Shown here piece after piece: positions 38,657 through 48,407 of a stretch of DNA of 64,000 nt. The DNA lies in contig CAVPIW010000006.1 in assembly GCA_963705105.1 (NCBI GenBank), positions 832,001 to 896,000 on the forward strand, given 5' to 3'. The stretch comes from an uncultured Nitrospiraceae bacterium. GTDB lineage: Bacteria > Nitrospirota > Thermodesulfovibrionia > Thermodesulfovibrionales > Dissulfurispiraceae. The notes under the pieces were generated by a model. The model made no database searches and was not told where the DNA came from. It saw only the letters and a program-made list of their open reading frames with translations. The first letter of the stretch is position 1; each line of letters opens with the position of its first letter. The translations under genes and the position numbers were made by a program.

Positions 38657-39463
38657 ATGGCCGATCGCGCAAATAGCGGAAGCCTGAAAGACGAACCTGA
38701 CGATGCTCATCGTCGCCTTCAGCAAGGCTTTGAAGCTCTTCACCCCGCCTTTTTCACTCGACTGGAAGGTTATCTTGCCGAGTTCAGGCAAGCCCTGAGC
38801 GCCGCCCATAACCCCGAGCGGGCCGCAAACGAGAAGCGCTACCTGAAGAGCCCCTTTAAATTCTTCGGGGTGACGGTTCCCTTCACAGACAGGCTCGCCC
38901 GGGACTTCAGGAAGACACATAAGGATGCGTCAAGGGAAGAGATTTTCGCCCTTGCCGAAGCGCTCTGGTCCTCCGAATATCACCAGGAAAAGACGCTGGC
39001 CATCAAGCTCCTCGAAAAGTATCCCCATCATCTCGATATCCGGTCCATGCCCCTGATCGAGAGGATGCTTTCGGAATGCACCGGGTGGGACCACGTCGAC
39101 GGCATCGCCATCCATCTCGTCGACGCAGTATTGCGGAAAGATGACGGGGCCTTTGCCTATCTCGACAGGTGGAGTAAATCCGGAAACTTCTGGATGCGGA
39201 GGGCGGCCCTCATCTCGCAGATCCTGCTTTTCAGGGAAGGCGGGGGGGACAGACAGCTCTTTTTCGGCTTCGCCGAGGCCATGATCGGGGAAAAGGAGTT
39301 CTTCATCCGCAAGGCTATCGGCTGGACGGTTAGGGAGCTGTCGAAGGCCGATCCGCAGGCAGCCTGCGATTTCCTGCTCAGGGTGAAACACCGTGCCTCC
39401 GGTCTAACGCTCAGGGAAGGGGCAAAGAGGCTGCCCGGGGAGATGAAGAAAAAAGTGATGTAA
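38657..39463 (+). CDS. alkD: DNA alkylation repair enzyme (AlkD-like HEAT-repeat glycosylase)
   Basis: WDHVD, NFWMRRAA, EFFIRKAIGW; GAGG RBS before ATG 38657. Confidence 0.85.
   Translation: MADRANSGSLKDEPDDAHRRLQQGFEALHPAFFTRLEGYLAEFRQALSAAHNPERAANEKRYLKSPFKFFGVTVPFTDRLARDFRKTHKDASREEIFALAEALWSSEYHQEKTLAIKLLEKYPHHLDIRSMPLIERMLSECTGWDHVDGIAIHLVDAVLRKDDGAFAYLDRWSKSGNFWMRRAALISQILLFREGGGDRQLFFGFAEAMIGEKEFFIRKAIGWTVRELSKADPQAACDFLLRVKHRASGLTLREGAKRLPGEMKKKVM
38675..38754 (+). repeat. Family 1 RA-arm fragment inside the alkD 5' coding region
   Basis: Matches 2242-2321 (CCTGAAA.ACGAA.CTGAC.ATGC..ATCGTCGCCTTCAGCAAGGCTTTGA.GC.CTTCACCCCGCCTTTTT). Confidence 0.88.
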
Positions 39464-39508
39464 GCTCCCCGGCTCCCGATCGGTTCATCCGGCGGAGAAG
39501 TCCTCTGA

Positions 39509-40765
39509 TCACAGTATCCGCTTGATCTTATCGAATGCTTCTTCTATGATCCGGGGCGAAGGCAGGAATGTGGTCCTGAAATAGACCCCGTCCTCCTGCC
39601 GGCCGAATCCCGATCCGGGCACGAAGACAACTCCTTCCTTGAGAGCGGCGCGGACGAACTGTAAATCCTTCCTCCACTTTTCCGTCTCTATCTTCATGAA
39701 GGCGTAAAAGGCCCCCTGGGGTTTCGGGAATGAGAGAGGCAGGTGCTCCGCCATCTTGACGAAGGTGTCCCGGCGGTCCGTCAGTTTTTTCTTCATGTCG
39801 GCGAGATACGCCGGAAAGGAGGGGTCGACCAGCGCGGCGGCGGCGGCCCTCTGGAATTCCCAGTTGACGGAAAGGCGCTGGTTGCACAGGAGGAAAAAGG
39901 CGTTTTTCACCTCTTCCCACCGGTCACCGTGAAAGGCAACCCAGCCGATCCGGGCGCCGGGATAGCTGAAGTCCTTGGACAATGAACTCCCGTAGATGAA
40001 CGGCACCCTTCCCCTGGCCACCTTCCGGAAATCAACGGGCTTGCCGTCGAACACGAGCTGGTCATAGGAGCCGTCGTAGAATATCGGGACATCATACTCG
40101 TTGCAGAGGCTGACGACATCGGAGAGGTTCTCTTCCGTATAGACGGAGCCGAGGGGGTTGTTCGGGTTGATGATCACCATCGCCTTTGCGCCCTCGATCT
40201 TTCGTGAGAGATGCTCCACGTCAATCTGACCGTCGGCGTCATGGCGGTAGAAAATGGTATCGCCTTCGAACTGCTTCGCCTTGCTGAGATAGAGCGGATA
40301 GGCGGGGTTCGGCAGCAACAGCTTTTCGCCGAAGCCGATAAATGAATGGAAAAAGAAGTCGATACCCTCGGTGAGGCCGGCGACGGCGAATACGTCCTCA
40401 GGCCCGCACTTTTCGATCTTCGCCACTGTCTTTCTCAGTTTTTCATCGCCGTCCGACGGGGCGTAGCCCTTGCAGTTCTCAGCGAGGGCCTTCTTCACAT
40501 GCTCGACGATGGCTCCGAAAGGCTTGAACCCGTACTGGGGAGGGTCACCGATGTTCAGGTAGATCATCTTCTTGCCCCGCGCTTCCTCGCGCTTCGCTTC
40601 CATCACTATATCCCGTATGGGGTAACTGACGACGTTCATGCGTTCCGTCGGCCTGTACGGCAGCTGCCGCTTCAGCGTTTTCAATGGCTTCATAGTCTTT
40701 GTCCTCTGCAGTCGGTCTACGGCAAGTTCCACGTCCTCACGGGAAAAATGCCGCCGCTCCATCAT
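39509..40765 (-). CDS. PLP-dependent class I/II aminotransferase (start uncertain)
   Basis: LNIGDP, INPNNPLG, SLSKDFSYPGARIGW, PQGAFY. Confidence 0.88.
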   Translation of the reverse strand: MMERRHFSREDVELAVDRLQRTKTMKPLKTLKRQLPYRPTERMNVVSYPIRDIVMEAKREEARGKKMIYLNIGDPPQYGFKPFGAIVEHVKKALAENCKGYAPSDGDEKLRKTVAKIEKCGPEDVFAVAGLTEGIDFFFHSFIGFGEKLLLPNPAYPLYLSKAKQFEGDTIFYRHDADGQIDVEHLSRKIEGAKAMVIINPNNPLGSVYTEENLSDVVSLCNEYDVPIFYDGSYDQLVFDGKPVDFRKVARGRVPFIYGSSLSKDFSYPGARIGWVAFHGDRWEEVKNAFFLLCNQRLSVNWEFQRAAAAALVDPSFPAYLADMKKKLTDRRDTFVKMAEHLPLSFPKPQGAFYAFMKIETEKWRKDLQFVRAALKEGVVFVPGSGFGRQEDGVYFRTTFLPSPRIIEEAFDKIKRIL

Positions 40766-40892
40766 GTTCCCAAAGCCGGAGTGACCGGTTAAGGGGATGA
40801 TACGGCGACGATCGACCGCTCTCTTTCTTTCGTCACATCAGGATGCGCGCGCCAACCGGCGCGCCGTAAATTATAATTATATCAGTTCCCAT

Positions 40893-41118
40893 CAGTGGTG
40901 TCCAAGATGCGAGATGATAGTGTCAGCGGGAGTGTAAGTGGCAGTAATGGGTCGGGCCGTTCGGGGAACGGCCCCTACACAATCAGTTACATAAAAGGCG
41001 GGGCAGCGATAAGGCTATTCTCTGGTGCGGTTGACTACCAGAAGAGGGATGCCGGACAACGCGGATCTTTCAATGATGTCGATGCCGTCAGTGACACCCG
41101 CACTCACAGTCACACTTT
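40893..41118. repeat. Composite degenerate repeat (family 2 outer IR, inverted hexamer arrays, one GTAG-REP, family 1 IR fragment)
   Basis: CAGTGGTGTCCAAG; GGGCCGTTCGGGGAACGGCCCCTAC; CATAAAAGGCGGGGC; CACTCACAGTCACACT. Confidence 0.7.
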
Positions 41119-41121
41119 CTT

Positions 41122-41931
41122 TTATTGCGGCTTGACATCCGCAGAGGAGATGTTCTTGACGGGTTGATTCATCCCTTTGTTCGGATAGAGCAGGATGATG
41201 CTTATCCTCCTGTTCCTGGGGTCCCGGGGATTGTCCTTGACGAGCAACTCCTGGTCGGCATATCCAACGACCCTGGCGATTCTGGCCGGATCGATGCCGT
41301 TGATCTCGAGCTCCCGGCGAGCCGCCGATGCCCTGTCCGTCGAGAGCTCCCAGTTCGTGATCTGGGCGCCCTTGAAGGGCGCCGAGTCCGTGTGACCTTC
41401 AATGGCAATCCTGTTCGGCGTATCCTTGATGTTGTCCGTGACGAGCCGCAGGATGTCCCGTGCCCTCTCGTTGGGCTGAGCGCTTCCAAGGGGGAACATG
41501 GAGCTCCCTTCCGTGTCGATGATCTGGATCCGTATGCCGCCCTCGAAGAAGTCCACGAGCACCTGGTCCTTTACGCCCCTCATCTTCTCTTCCACCGCCT
41601 TCTGGAGCCGGTCTTTGAGCTCTTCTGCAGAGATACCGCCTTTGCCCGACTTCATGGACTGTTCCGTATCGGGCATCTTCGCGCTGAAGATCTCCGTGGA
41701 GTTCTGCATGAAGGACTGTCCCGATTTCTCGAAGACGCTGAAATGCTTGAAATACTGTGCGAGGACCGCCCTCTTTTCCGGCGACGACATGGTGATGAGC
41801 CACAGGAGAAGGAAGAAAGCCATCATGGCCGTCACAAAGTCCGCGTAGGCGACCTTCCAGCTTCCCCCGTGGCTGCCCTCGTGGTTTTTCTTGACCTTCT
41901 TGATGATGATGATCTTGGACTTGTCGGCCAT
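41122..41931 (-). CDS. motB: Flagellar stator protein MotB
   Basis: WKVAYADFVTAMMAFF; OmpA-like GHTD...NWELS..RA...RNRRI. Confidence 0.93.
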   Translation of the reverse strand: MADKSKIIIIKKVKKNHEGSHGGSWKVAYADFVTAMMAFFLLLWLITMSSPEKRAVLAQYFKHFSVFEKSGQSFMQNSTEIFSAKMPDTEQSMKSGKGGISAEELKDRLQKAVEEKMRGVKDQVLVDFFEGGIRIQIIDTEGSSMFPLGSAQPNERARDILRLVTDNIKDTPNRIAIEGHTDSAPFKGAQITNWELSTDRASAARRELEINGIDPARIARVVGYADQELLVKDNPRDPRNRRISIILLYPNKGMNQPVKNISSADVKPQ

Positions 41932-42788
41932 CAGCGCTTCACTTTCCTGATCGCTTCTTCAACCTCCACAAAGGAAGGCTTGGCATTGGCGGGGGCGACC
42001 CGGCGCCCGAACTCGACGGCGATCTGCGGCGCCGCTCCTCCCACGAAGGCGATGAGGGAGACCTTGAGCACGTTCAGATAGTCCCTGTCTTCATTGGCGA
42101 TGTGTTCGAGGTTTTTCGCCATGGGACCCACGAAGCCGTAGCACATCAAAACGCCGAGGAACGTGCCGACGAGGGCGGCGCCGATACTGTGGCCCAGGAC
42201 CTCCGGCGGTTCGCTGATCTTCTGCATCGTGATGACGACGCCGAGAACGGCTGCGACGATGCCGAGACCGGGCAGGGCGTCTGCCACATGGGCAACGCTC
42301 TTCGAGGGCTGGAGCGACTCCTCATGATGGGCTTCCAATTCCGTGTCGAGCAGTGACTCGAGCTCATGGGGTGAGATGCCCGTTGTCATGATCGTTCTCA
42401 GCGTGTCCGTTACGAGGGAGACGGCATGGTGGTTCTTCAGGAACTTCTCATATTTCTTGAAGATCCCGCTCTTGTCCGGCGCATCGACGTCCGCCTCGAT
42501 CGAGACGAGGCCCTCCTTCCTGATCTTCGAAAAGACCTCGCTCATCATGATGAGCATCTCGAGATAGTCCGACTTGCTGTAGGACTTTCCGCTGACGATC
42601 TTGCCGAGGCTCGCGGCGACGGCCTTCATCACCTTCATCGGCGATGCGATAACGAATCCTCCGAAGGCGGCGCCGAAGATGATCACGAGCTCGGCAGGCT
42701 GCCACAGGAGAGCGAGGTTACCGTGTTCGAGCAGGTATCCGGCGATGATGGACACAAGAACGATAACAGCCCCGATAATGGCGAACAT
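41931..42788 (-). CDS. motA: Flagellar stator protein MotA
   Basis: QPAELVII, ALPGLGIVAAVLG, ALVGTFLG, VEFGRR. Confidence 0.95.
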   Translation of the reverse strand: MFAIIGAVIVLVSIIAGYLLEHGNLALLWQPAELVIIFGAAFGGFVIASPMKVMKAVAASLGKIVSGKSYSKSDYLEMLIMMSEVFSKIRKEGLVSIEADVDAPDKSGIFKKYEKFLKNHHAVSLVTDTLRTIMTTGISPHELESLLDTELEAHHEESLQPSKSVAHVADALPGLGIVAAVLGVVITMQKISEPPEVLGHSIGAALVGTFLGVLMCYGFVGPMAKNLEHIANEDRDYLNVLKVSLIAFVGGAAPQIAVEFGRRVAPANAKPSFVEVEEAIRKVKR

Positions 42789-42797
42789 GGCGGTTGC

Positions 42798-43346
42798 CTA
42801 CCTCCGTTTTTCCCGCAGGATTTCCCGCTGTCGTTTGAAGACGAACTTGACGATCTCGTCCCTGATCTCTTCGTCCATGGCAACAAACTTGACACCGATC
42901 AGGGTCCCCTCGGCGACCGGCTCGGACTTGACAACCTCTCCGTACATGTGGATCGCCACAGGCGGCAGCAGGGGAAACATCGTCTTGATCTCGATGATGT
43001 CTCCGATCGCGAACGGATCGGTCCAGGTGAAACTCATTCCGCCGCCGCTGATGTTTATCGTCCGGTAGGAAAGCGCGCAAAAGCCCTCGCGCTGGAGTGA
43101 CAGCAGGTTGATGATGGCGTCGAGCTTGGCATTGATGACGCGCAGCCAGTCGGCCAGCACCGTGTCTTCGATGTCCGGCAGACGGTCCATGACAGGAATG
43201 ACCGTTTCGCCCGAGATCTTGGACCGTATCGTGGACCGTTCCTCGGGAGGCACAAGCCGGACCTCCAGCGGGACCTGCGCGTCCACTCTCGAGAACTCCC
43301 TTAATTTCAGATACCTTTCTTCAGCGCTATCCTGTTCGTTTGTCAT
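42798..43346 (-). CDS. PilZ-domain c-di-GMP effector
   Basis: REFSR (RxxxR) and NISGGG (D/NxSxxG). Confidence 0.88.
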   Translation of the reverse strand: MTNEQDSAEERYLKLREFSRVDAQVPLEVRLVPPEERSTIRSKISGETVIPVMDRLPDIEDTVLADWLRVINAKLDAIINLLSLQREGFCALSYRTINISGGGMSFTWTDPFAIGDIIEIKTMFPLLPPVAIHMYGEVVKSEPVAEGTLIGVKFVAMDEEIRDEIVKFVFKRQREILREKRR

Positions 43347-43394
43347 CTGTCTATCCTCTGCTCCATCAGCATTTTCAGCGGTTACGTGCGCCCG

Positions 43395-44048
43395 TCAGCG
43401 GTTCGTGATCACTACTTCGACCCTCCTGTTGCGGGCCCTGCCCTCATCGGAATCGTTCTTGCCGACGGGCCTGAATTCACCGTAGCCCGCCAGGGAGAAG
43501 CGGTTGGGATCGAGTCCATGGGACATGAAGACGTGCAGGACACTGGCGGCCCGTGCCGTCGAGAGCTCCCAGTTCGATGCGTACCTGGCCCCGGTGATGG
43601 GCCTATCGTCCGTATGCCCCTCGATGATGATACGGCTCCGGACCGTCCCGAGCACCTTCGACACCCTCTGGAGAACGGCATCCGCCTCCTGTCTTACCTC
43701 TGCAGAACCCGACGGGAAGAGGGTCTTTTCGGAGAAGGTGATGACCGTCCCCCGGGGATCCTTTCTTACCGTTATCCCTTCGTTTGTCGCGATGATCTCC
43801 CTGATCTCCTCAGTAAACGTATCTTTTGCCGTATCTTTGACGGCGATCGGCTTTTCAATTACCCTGAAGGCTTCCCTGAGCGATCCCGAGAGCTGTTCGA
43901 CCTTTCCCTTGTCGACGGTCGACATGGCATACAGTGCCGCGAAGAAGGTAAACATCAGGGTAATGAAATCCGCATAGGAGATAAGCCACCTGTCACGGTT
44001 TTCCGTGTCCGCCTCATGAGGGATCCTTTTTTGTCTTCTTCTTATCAT
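43395..44048 (-). CDS. motB: Second stator B subunit (MotB/MotD-like)
   Basis: WLISYADFITLM, GHTD, NWELSTARA, NRRVEV. Confidence 0.88.
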   Translation of the reverse strand: MIRRRQKRIPHEADTENRDRWLISYADFITLMFTFFAALYAMSTVDKGKVEQLSGSLREAFRVIEKPIAVKDTAKDTFTEEIREIIATNEGITVRKDPRGTVITFSEKTLFPSGSAEVRQEADAVLQRVSKVLGTVRSRIIIEGHTDDRPITGARYASNWELSTARAASVLHVFMSHGLDPNRFSLAGYGEFRPVGKNDSDEGRARNRRVEVVITNR

Positions 44049-44050
44049 AT

Positions 44051-44803
44051 TCAGCGCTCCGGCTTGTTCAGAAAAGCGGAAAGGTATGTCCGCAGGAAGT
44101 GCGGGTTCACTCCGCTCTCGATCCCCATGACCCCCTCGATGATCAGCTCCCGGAGGAAGACCTCCTCTTTGAGACGGTTATGTATTTTCTTCGCCAGGGG
44201 GATGAAAAGGAGGTTCGCCGACCCGACGCCGTATATCGTGGCGATGAAAGCGACGGCGATGCCGCCGCCGATCTTCGACGGATCGGTGACGTTGCTCATG
44301 ACCTGGATAAGGCCGAGCACGGCGCCGAGGATCCCGATCGTCGGCGCATAGCCTCCTGCCGACTCGAAAACCCGTGACGACTTCCTGTACATTTCCTCCA
44401 TCGTTTCGACCTCCCTGTACATCACGTCCCTGATCATCGCCGGCGGCATCCCGTCGATGAGAAGGGTGAGCCCGCTCCGGAGAAAGGCGTTGTCCAGTTT
44501 GCCGATTTCGGGCTCGAGCATGAGGAGGCCCGCTTTCCGTGCCTCCGTCAGGATGCGTATGATGTCGTCGATGACACTGCCCGGCCGGTCGTCGCTTTTC
44601 ATGAGGACGGCCCTGACTGTCCGCAATGCAACGGAGAGGTCGGAAAAGGAATAGCTCAGGATCGTCGCTCCCAGAGTGCCGCCGAAGACGATACAGGCCG
44701 CTGCAGCCTGCACGAGGTGAAGGGTGCTGCCCCCCTCGATCAGGTTCCCCCCCACGATCGCCGCAGCGCCGATCAGGAGCCCCGCTATGGCCGATCTATC
44801 CAT
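44051..44803 (-). CDS. motA: Second stator A subunit (MotA/MotC-like)
   Basis: IVFGGTLGA, GGYAPTIGILGAVLGLI, FIATIYGV. Confidence 0.88.
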   Translation of the reverse strand: MDRSAIAGLLIGAAAIVGGNLIEGGSTLHLVQAAAACIVFGGTLGATILSYSFSDLSVALRTVRAVLMKSDDRPGSVIDDIIRILTEARKAGLLMLEPEIGKLDNAFLRSGLTLLIDGMPPAMIRDVMYREVETMEEMYRKSSRVFESAGGYAPTIGILGAVLGLIQVMSNVTDPSKIGGGIAVAFIATIYGVGSANLLFIPLAKKIHNRLKEEVFLRELIIEGVMGIESGVNPHFLRTYLSAFLNKPER

Positions 44804-44902
44804 CCCTCTCCGCTGTTTAAAGTTATTTCTGGCACCGAGCCTGGTGTTATTATCTTATCGTCCGGCGAATCCTTTTCATTAATCGTGCCAGGCGTGGTTG
44901 CA

Positions 44903-45096
44903 CCTTATCGTTGCATACGCTTTCCGGAAAGGCGGGGTGTATGCGCCGAAAACCTTGCTGCGGCGACACCTGTATCACAACGAAAGGCGAACTTTACGCC
45001 AATGTCAGGAGAATTGGACATCTCTTCCGACACTGACACTGACACTCACACTGACACTGTTTTCAGAGTGCTTTGCCCTGCCTTTTCATGCAACTG
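44903..45096 (+). repeat. Family 1 element (arms LA+RB)
   Basis: Near-identical to 13778-13977. Confidence 0.92.
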
Positions 45097-45141
45097 CCAG
45101 ATGCATTTCCCAATTTTTGTCACCCTGTGGTGTAATAAGAC

Positions 45142-46344
45142 ATGGCGATCTTCGCACAATCCCTGAAGGCCGTCAGGGCCTTCAAGCTGAGGACGATCTT
45201 CAGCCTCGTCAGCGTCGCCCTCGGCATCGCATCGATCACGGTCATCGTCGCGGCCACGGAGGGGGCATACAAGAAGGCCCTCGAGATCGTCGACCGCTTC
45301 GGCCCCGACTCACTCATGATCTTCAGCGGCGGCGAAGAAGCGAGGGCCATCGGCCAGCGTGACAAGACCATCACCCTCGATGACGTGGAGTCTGCCCGGC
45401 AGTCGTTCTCCAGCGCGTACATCGTCGTCCCCATGACATCGGTATCGGGGATCACCGTTTCATACCTTGACAGGAAATACCAGACCCGCGTCATAGGCTC
45501 GACAAATGATTACAGCCGGGCCTGGACATGGCCCGTCGTGACGGGCTCCGACTTTACGGAAGACGACGTCAAGGGGTTGAGAAACGTGGCACTCATCGGG
45601 CAGTTCCTGCAGCAGGAGCTCTTCGGCGGCGGTGATCCCATCGGCAAATACATGCTCGTCAAAGGCATCCCCGTCCAGATCGTCGGCGTCCTCCAGGAGA
45701 GGGGGACGAGTCCCAGCGGTGACAATCTCGACGACCGCATCGTCATGCCCCTGACGACGGTGATGAGAAAGCTCCAGAACGAATCGACCTATGTTTCGGC
45801 CTTCAGGATGAGGTTCGCCGACCAGGAGAACCTCTACAACCGCATCGAGGAGCTGAGAAAATTTCTCAGGGAACGCCACAGGCTCGGGCAGGGACAGCCT
45901 GACGACTTCCGGATCGTCTCGCCGAGGGAGATCATCACGTTCCTGGTGGCTCTCACGGGCTCTCTGGTCATCTTCCTCGGCATCGCCGGCATCATTTCCC
46001 TTGTCGTCGCGGGATTCGTCCTGGCGAACCTCTTCCTGCTCTCCGTGCGGGAAAGGACGAACGAAATCGGCATCCGCAGGGCGACGGGCGCAAAGAAGCG
46101 GGATATCCTCTATCAGTTCCTCAGTGAGTCCGTCATCATCACGACCTGCGGGGGGGTACTCGGTTTTGTGATGGCCCTTGCGGCGTCGAAGCTCCTCATG
46201 GCCGTTGCCGATTTCCCGATTTACTTCTCCTGGAAGGCTTTCGTCGTCGGCCTCCTCCTGTCCTGGGCCGTCGGGATCGGCTTCGGGCTGCAGCCCGCCT
46301 CCAGGGCGGCAAACCTGAAACCGATCGAGGCGATCAGGGGATGA
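45142..46344 (+). CDS. MacB/FtsX-type ABC permease
   Basis: One TM, periplasmic domain, three TMs; ERTNEIGIRRATGA; PIEAIR. Confidence 0.9.
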   Translation: MAIFAQSLKAVRAFKLRTIFSLVSVALGIASITVIVAATEGAYKKALEIVDRFGPDSLMIFSGGEEARAIGQRDKTITLDDVESARQSFSSAYIVVPMTSVSGITVSYLDRKYQTRVIGSTNDYSRAWTWPVVTGSDFTEDDVKGLRNVALIGQFLQQELFGGGDPIGKYMLVKGIPVQIVGVLQERGTSPSGDNLDDRIVMPLTTVMRKLQNESTYVSAFRMRFADQENLYNRIEELRKFLRERHRLGQGQPDDFRIVSPREIITFLVALTGSLVIFLGIAGIISLVVAGFVLANLFLLSVRERTNEIGIRRATGAKKRDILYQFLSESVIITTCGGVLGFVMALAASKLLMAVADFPIYFSWKAFVVGLLLSWAVGIGFGLQPASRAANLKPIEAIRG

Positions 46345-47567
46345 AGAGCAGGACTTTCCTCAACCTCGCGATAGCGGTCAGGTCCCTCTACAATTTCAAG
46401 ATGAGGACCGCCCTCGCCGTCCTCGGCGTTTTTCTCGGCACCTTTTCCCTCGTCGTCGTCTCGAACGTATCGGAGTCCCTGTCGGTCAAAACCAAACAGG
46501 AAATCGCCAACCTGGGCGAAAACCTTCTGATCGTCCGGAGCGGCATCGTCAGGAGGTTCGGCTCGGGCACGAGGCTCCTGAGCGAGGCGACGACACTCAC
46601 CATCGCCGACGCCCGGGCTATGATGGAGGGAACGGGTCTCATACGGGACATCTCACCCTCGGGAAACAAGCCCTTTCCGGTGCGCTACGGCAGTGTCGTC
46701 CTCAGGTCCGTCCTGGTGACGGGCGTCACGCCGAACTATTCGGCTATCAGGAATTTCCACGTCCAGGAGGGCTCCTTCATCACGGACCGCGACAATGAGA
46801 ACGTCGCAAAGGTCGCCGTCATCGGCAGGCGCGTCGCCGAAAAGCTCTTCGGCGACGACAATCCCATCGGCAGGCATATCCTCATCTTCCGCGTCCCCTG
46901 CCAGGTCATCGGGATCATGGAGGAGAAGGGTGTCGATGTATCCGGCGTGGACCAGGACAACCAGATCTTCATTCCGCTGAACACCTACCTGAGGCGTTTC
47001 GTGAACAAGGACTTCATCAGCGGCATCGCCGTGCAGGTCGTCGATGAGCAGTCGATCCCGGCGGCCAAGCGGGCCATCGAGGAGATACTCCGCAAGAGGC
47101 ACAAGATCCGGTCGGACCAGAAGGACGATTTCACCGTCATCGACCTCAAGGACGTCATGGTGCTCAAGACACAGGCGACGGCGACCATCACCGTCCTGGG
47201 GAAAATCGCCGCTGCCGTCTCCTTCCTCATCGGCGGTCTCGGCATCCTGTCGATCATGATCCTCATCGTCAATGAAAGGAGGGTCGAAATCGGCATCCGG
47301 AGGGCCGTGGGATCGAGGAAGAGGGACATCATCACCCAGTTCCTCCTCGAATCATCCTTCATCTCTCTCTGCGGCGGCATCGTCGGCGTCATCGTCAGCT
47401 TTATTACGACCGTCCTCATCTTCGTCCTTTCCGACCTGCCCATGACGATCTCTCCCACGGGGCTCTTCCTGTCTTTTCTCTCCTCCGTCACGGTGGGGAT
47501 CCTCGCGGGCATCTACCCTTCGAAAAAGGCGACGATGATCCAGCCCGTCAATATCATCAGGTCATGA
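46341..47567 (+). CDS. MacB/FtsX-type ABC permease
   Basis: ERRVEIGIRRAVG, QFLLES; overlaps upstream stop. Confidence 0.9.
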   Translation: MKSRTFLNLAIAVRSLYNFKMRTALAVLGVFLGTFSLVVVSNVSESLSVKTKQEIANLGENLLIVRSGIVRRFGSGTRLLSEATTLTIADARAMMEGTGLIRDISPSGNKPFPVRYGSVVLRSVLVTGVTPNYSAIRNFHVQEGSFITDRDNENVAKVAVIGRRVAEKLFGDDNPIGRHILIFRVPCQVIGIMEEKGVDVSGVDQDNQIFIPLNTYLRRFVNKDFISGIAVQVVDEQSIPAAKRAIEEILRKRHKIRSDQKDDFTVIDLKDVMVLKTQATATITVLGKIAAAVSFLIGGLGILSIMILIVNERRVEIGIRRAVGSRKRDIITQFLLESSFISLCGGIVGVIVSFITTVLIFVLSDLPMTISPTGLFLSFLSSVTVGILAGIYPSKKATMIQPVNIIRS

Positions 47568-48404
47568 CCGGACGGTCAGGTAGCCTGAAAAGAGGATCAG
47601 CAAACCTCCGGCGACTGTTTCCGCGTTCACCTGCTCCTGCAGAAAGATGAAACCGAGGATGATGGCGCAGACGGGCTCGAGATAGCCCAGGATCGCCGCC
47701 GTGTTCGCCTGCACCTCCTTCATTCCCCTGAGATAGAGAACGGGGGCGACGGTGTAATGAATGACGCCCATGACAAAGAGCACCCAGAGAGATGAAGCAA
47801 GGTGCGGAGGATTGGGGATGAAAGGCAGGAGAAAGGCGGCGATCATGGTGTTCTGAACAAAGGTGATGAAGAGCGGATCGAAGGTGACTGAAAAAGCCCG
47901 GATGATGATGATGAGCATCGCGTAGGCGAAACCGGAGAGAATGCCGGCGAGAATCCCGGCGCTGTTGCTGTCCCCGGAGAGGATCTGGCTGATGAAAAGG
48001 CCGACGGGCATGTCGAGCATGATGAGAAGACCTGCCGTGCTGAGGGCGACGGCGGCGGCAATCCGCAGGGTCAGCTTCTCTTTGAGGAAGAAGGGGGCGA
48101 GGAAGGCGACGAAAATCGGCGCTGTATAGTGTGTCAGTACGGCGAGGGCGATCGTCGTGTTCCGGTAGGCATAATAGAAGGAAAAGGTGTTGACCAGGCT
48201 GACAGGGCCGAGAAGCAGGAGAAACAGAGAGGTTTTTCCCTTGCCGGTCCCTTTCCAGGAACCTTTCAGTATGATGAGTGGTCCCATGATAACCGCTGAT
48301 ATGAGGCAGGACGAAAAAATGAGCACGTGTATCGGCAACCCCGAGAAACGTATGACGAGTCCCAGGGTGCTCCACAGCACAATGGCGGCGACGATGAACA
48401 GCAT
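47562..48404 (-). CDS. DMT/EamA family transporter
   Basis: About 10 TM segments, YTAPIFV, YLEPV. Confidence 0.85.
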   Translation of the reverse strand: MLFIVAAIVLWSTLGLVIRFSGLPIHVLIFSSCLISAVIMGPLIILKGSWKGTGKGKTSLFLLLLGPVSLVNTFSFYYAYRNTTIALAVLTHYTAPIFVAFLAPFFLKEKLTLRIAAAVALSTAGLLIMLDMPVGLFISQILSGDSNSAGILAGILSGFAYAMLIIIIRAFSVTFDPLFITFVQNTMIAAFLLPFIPNPPHLASSLWVLFVMGVIHYTVAPVLYLRGMKEVQANTAAILGYLEPVCAIILGFIFLQEQVNAETVAGGLLILFSGYLTVRS

Positions 48405-48407
48405 GCC

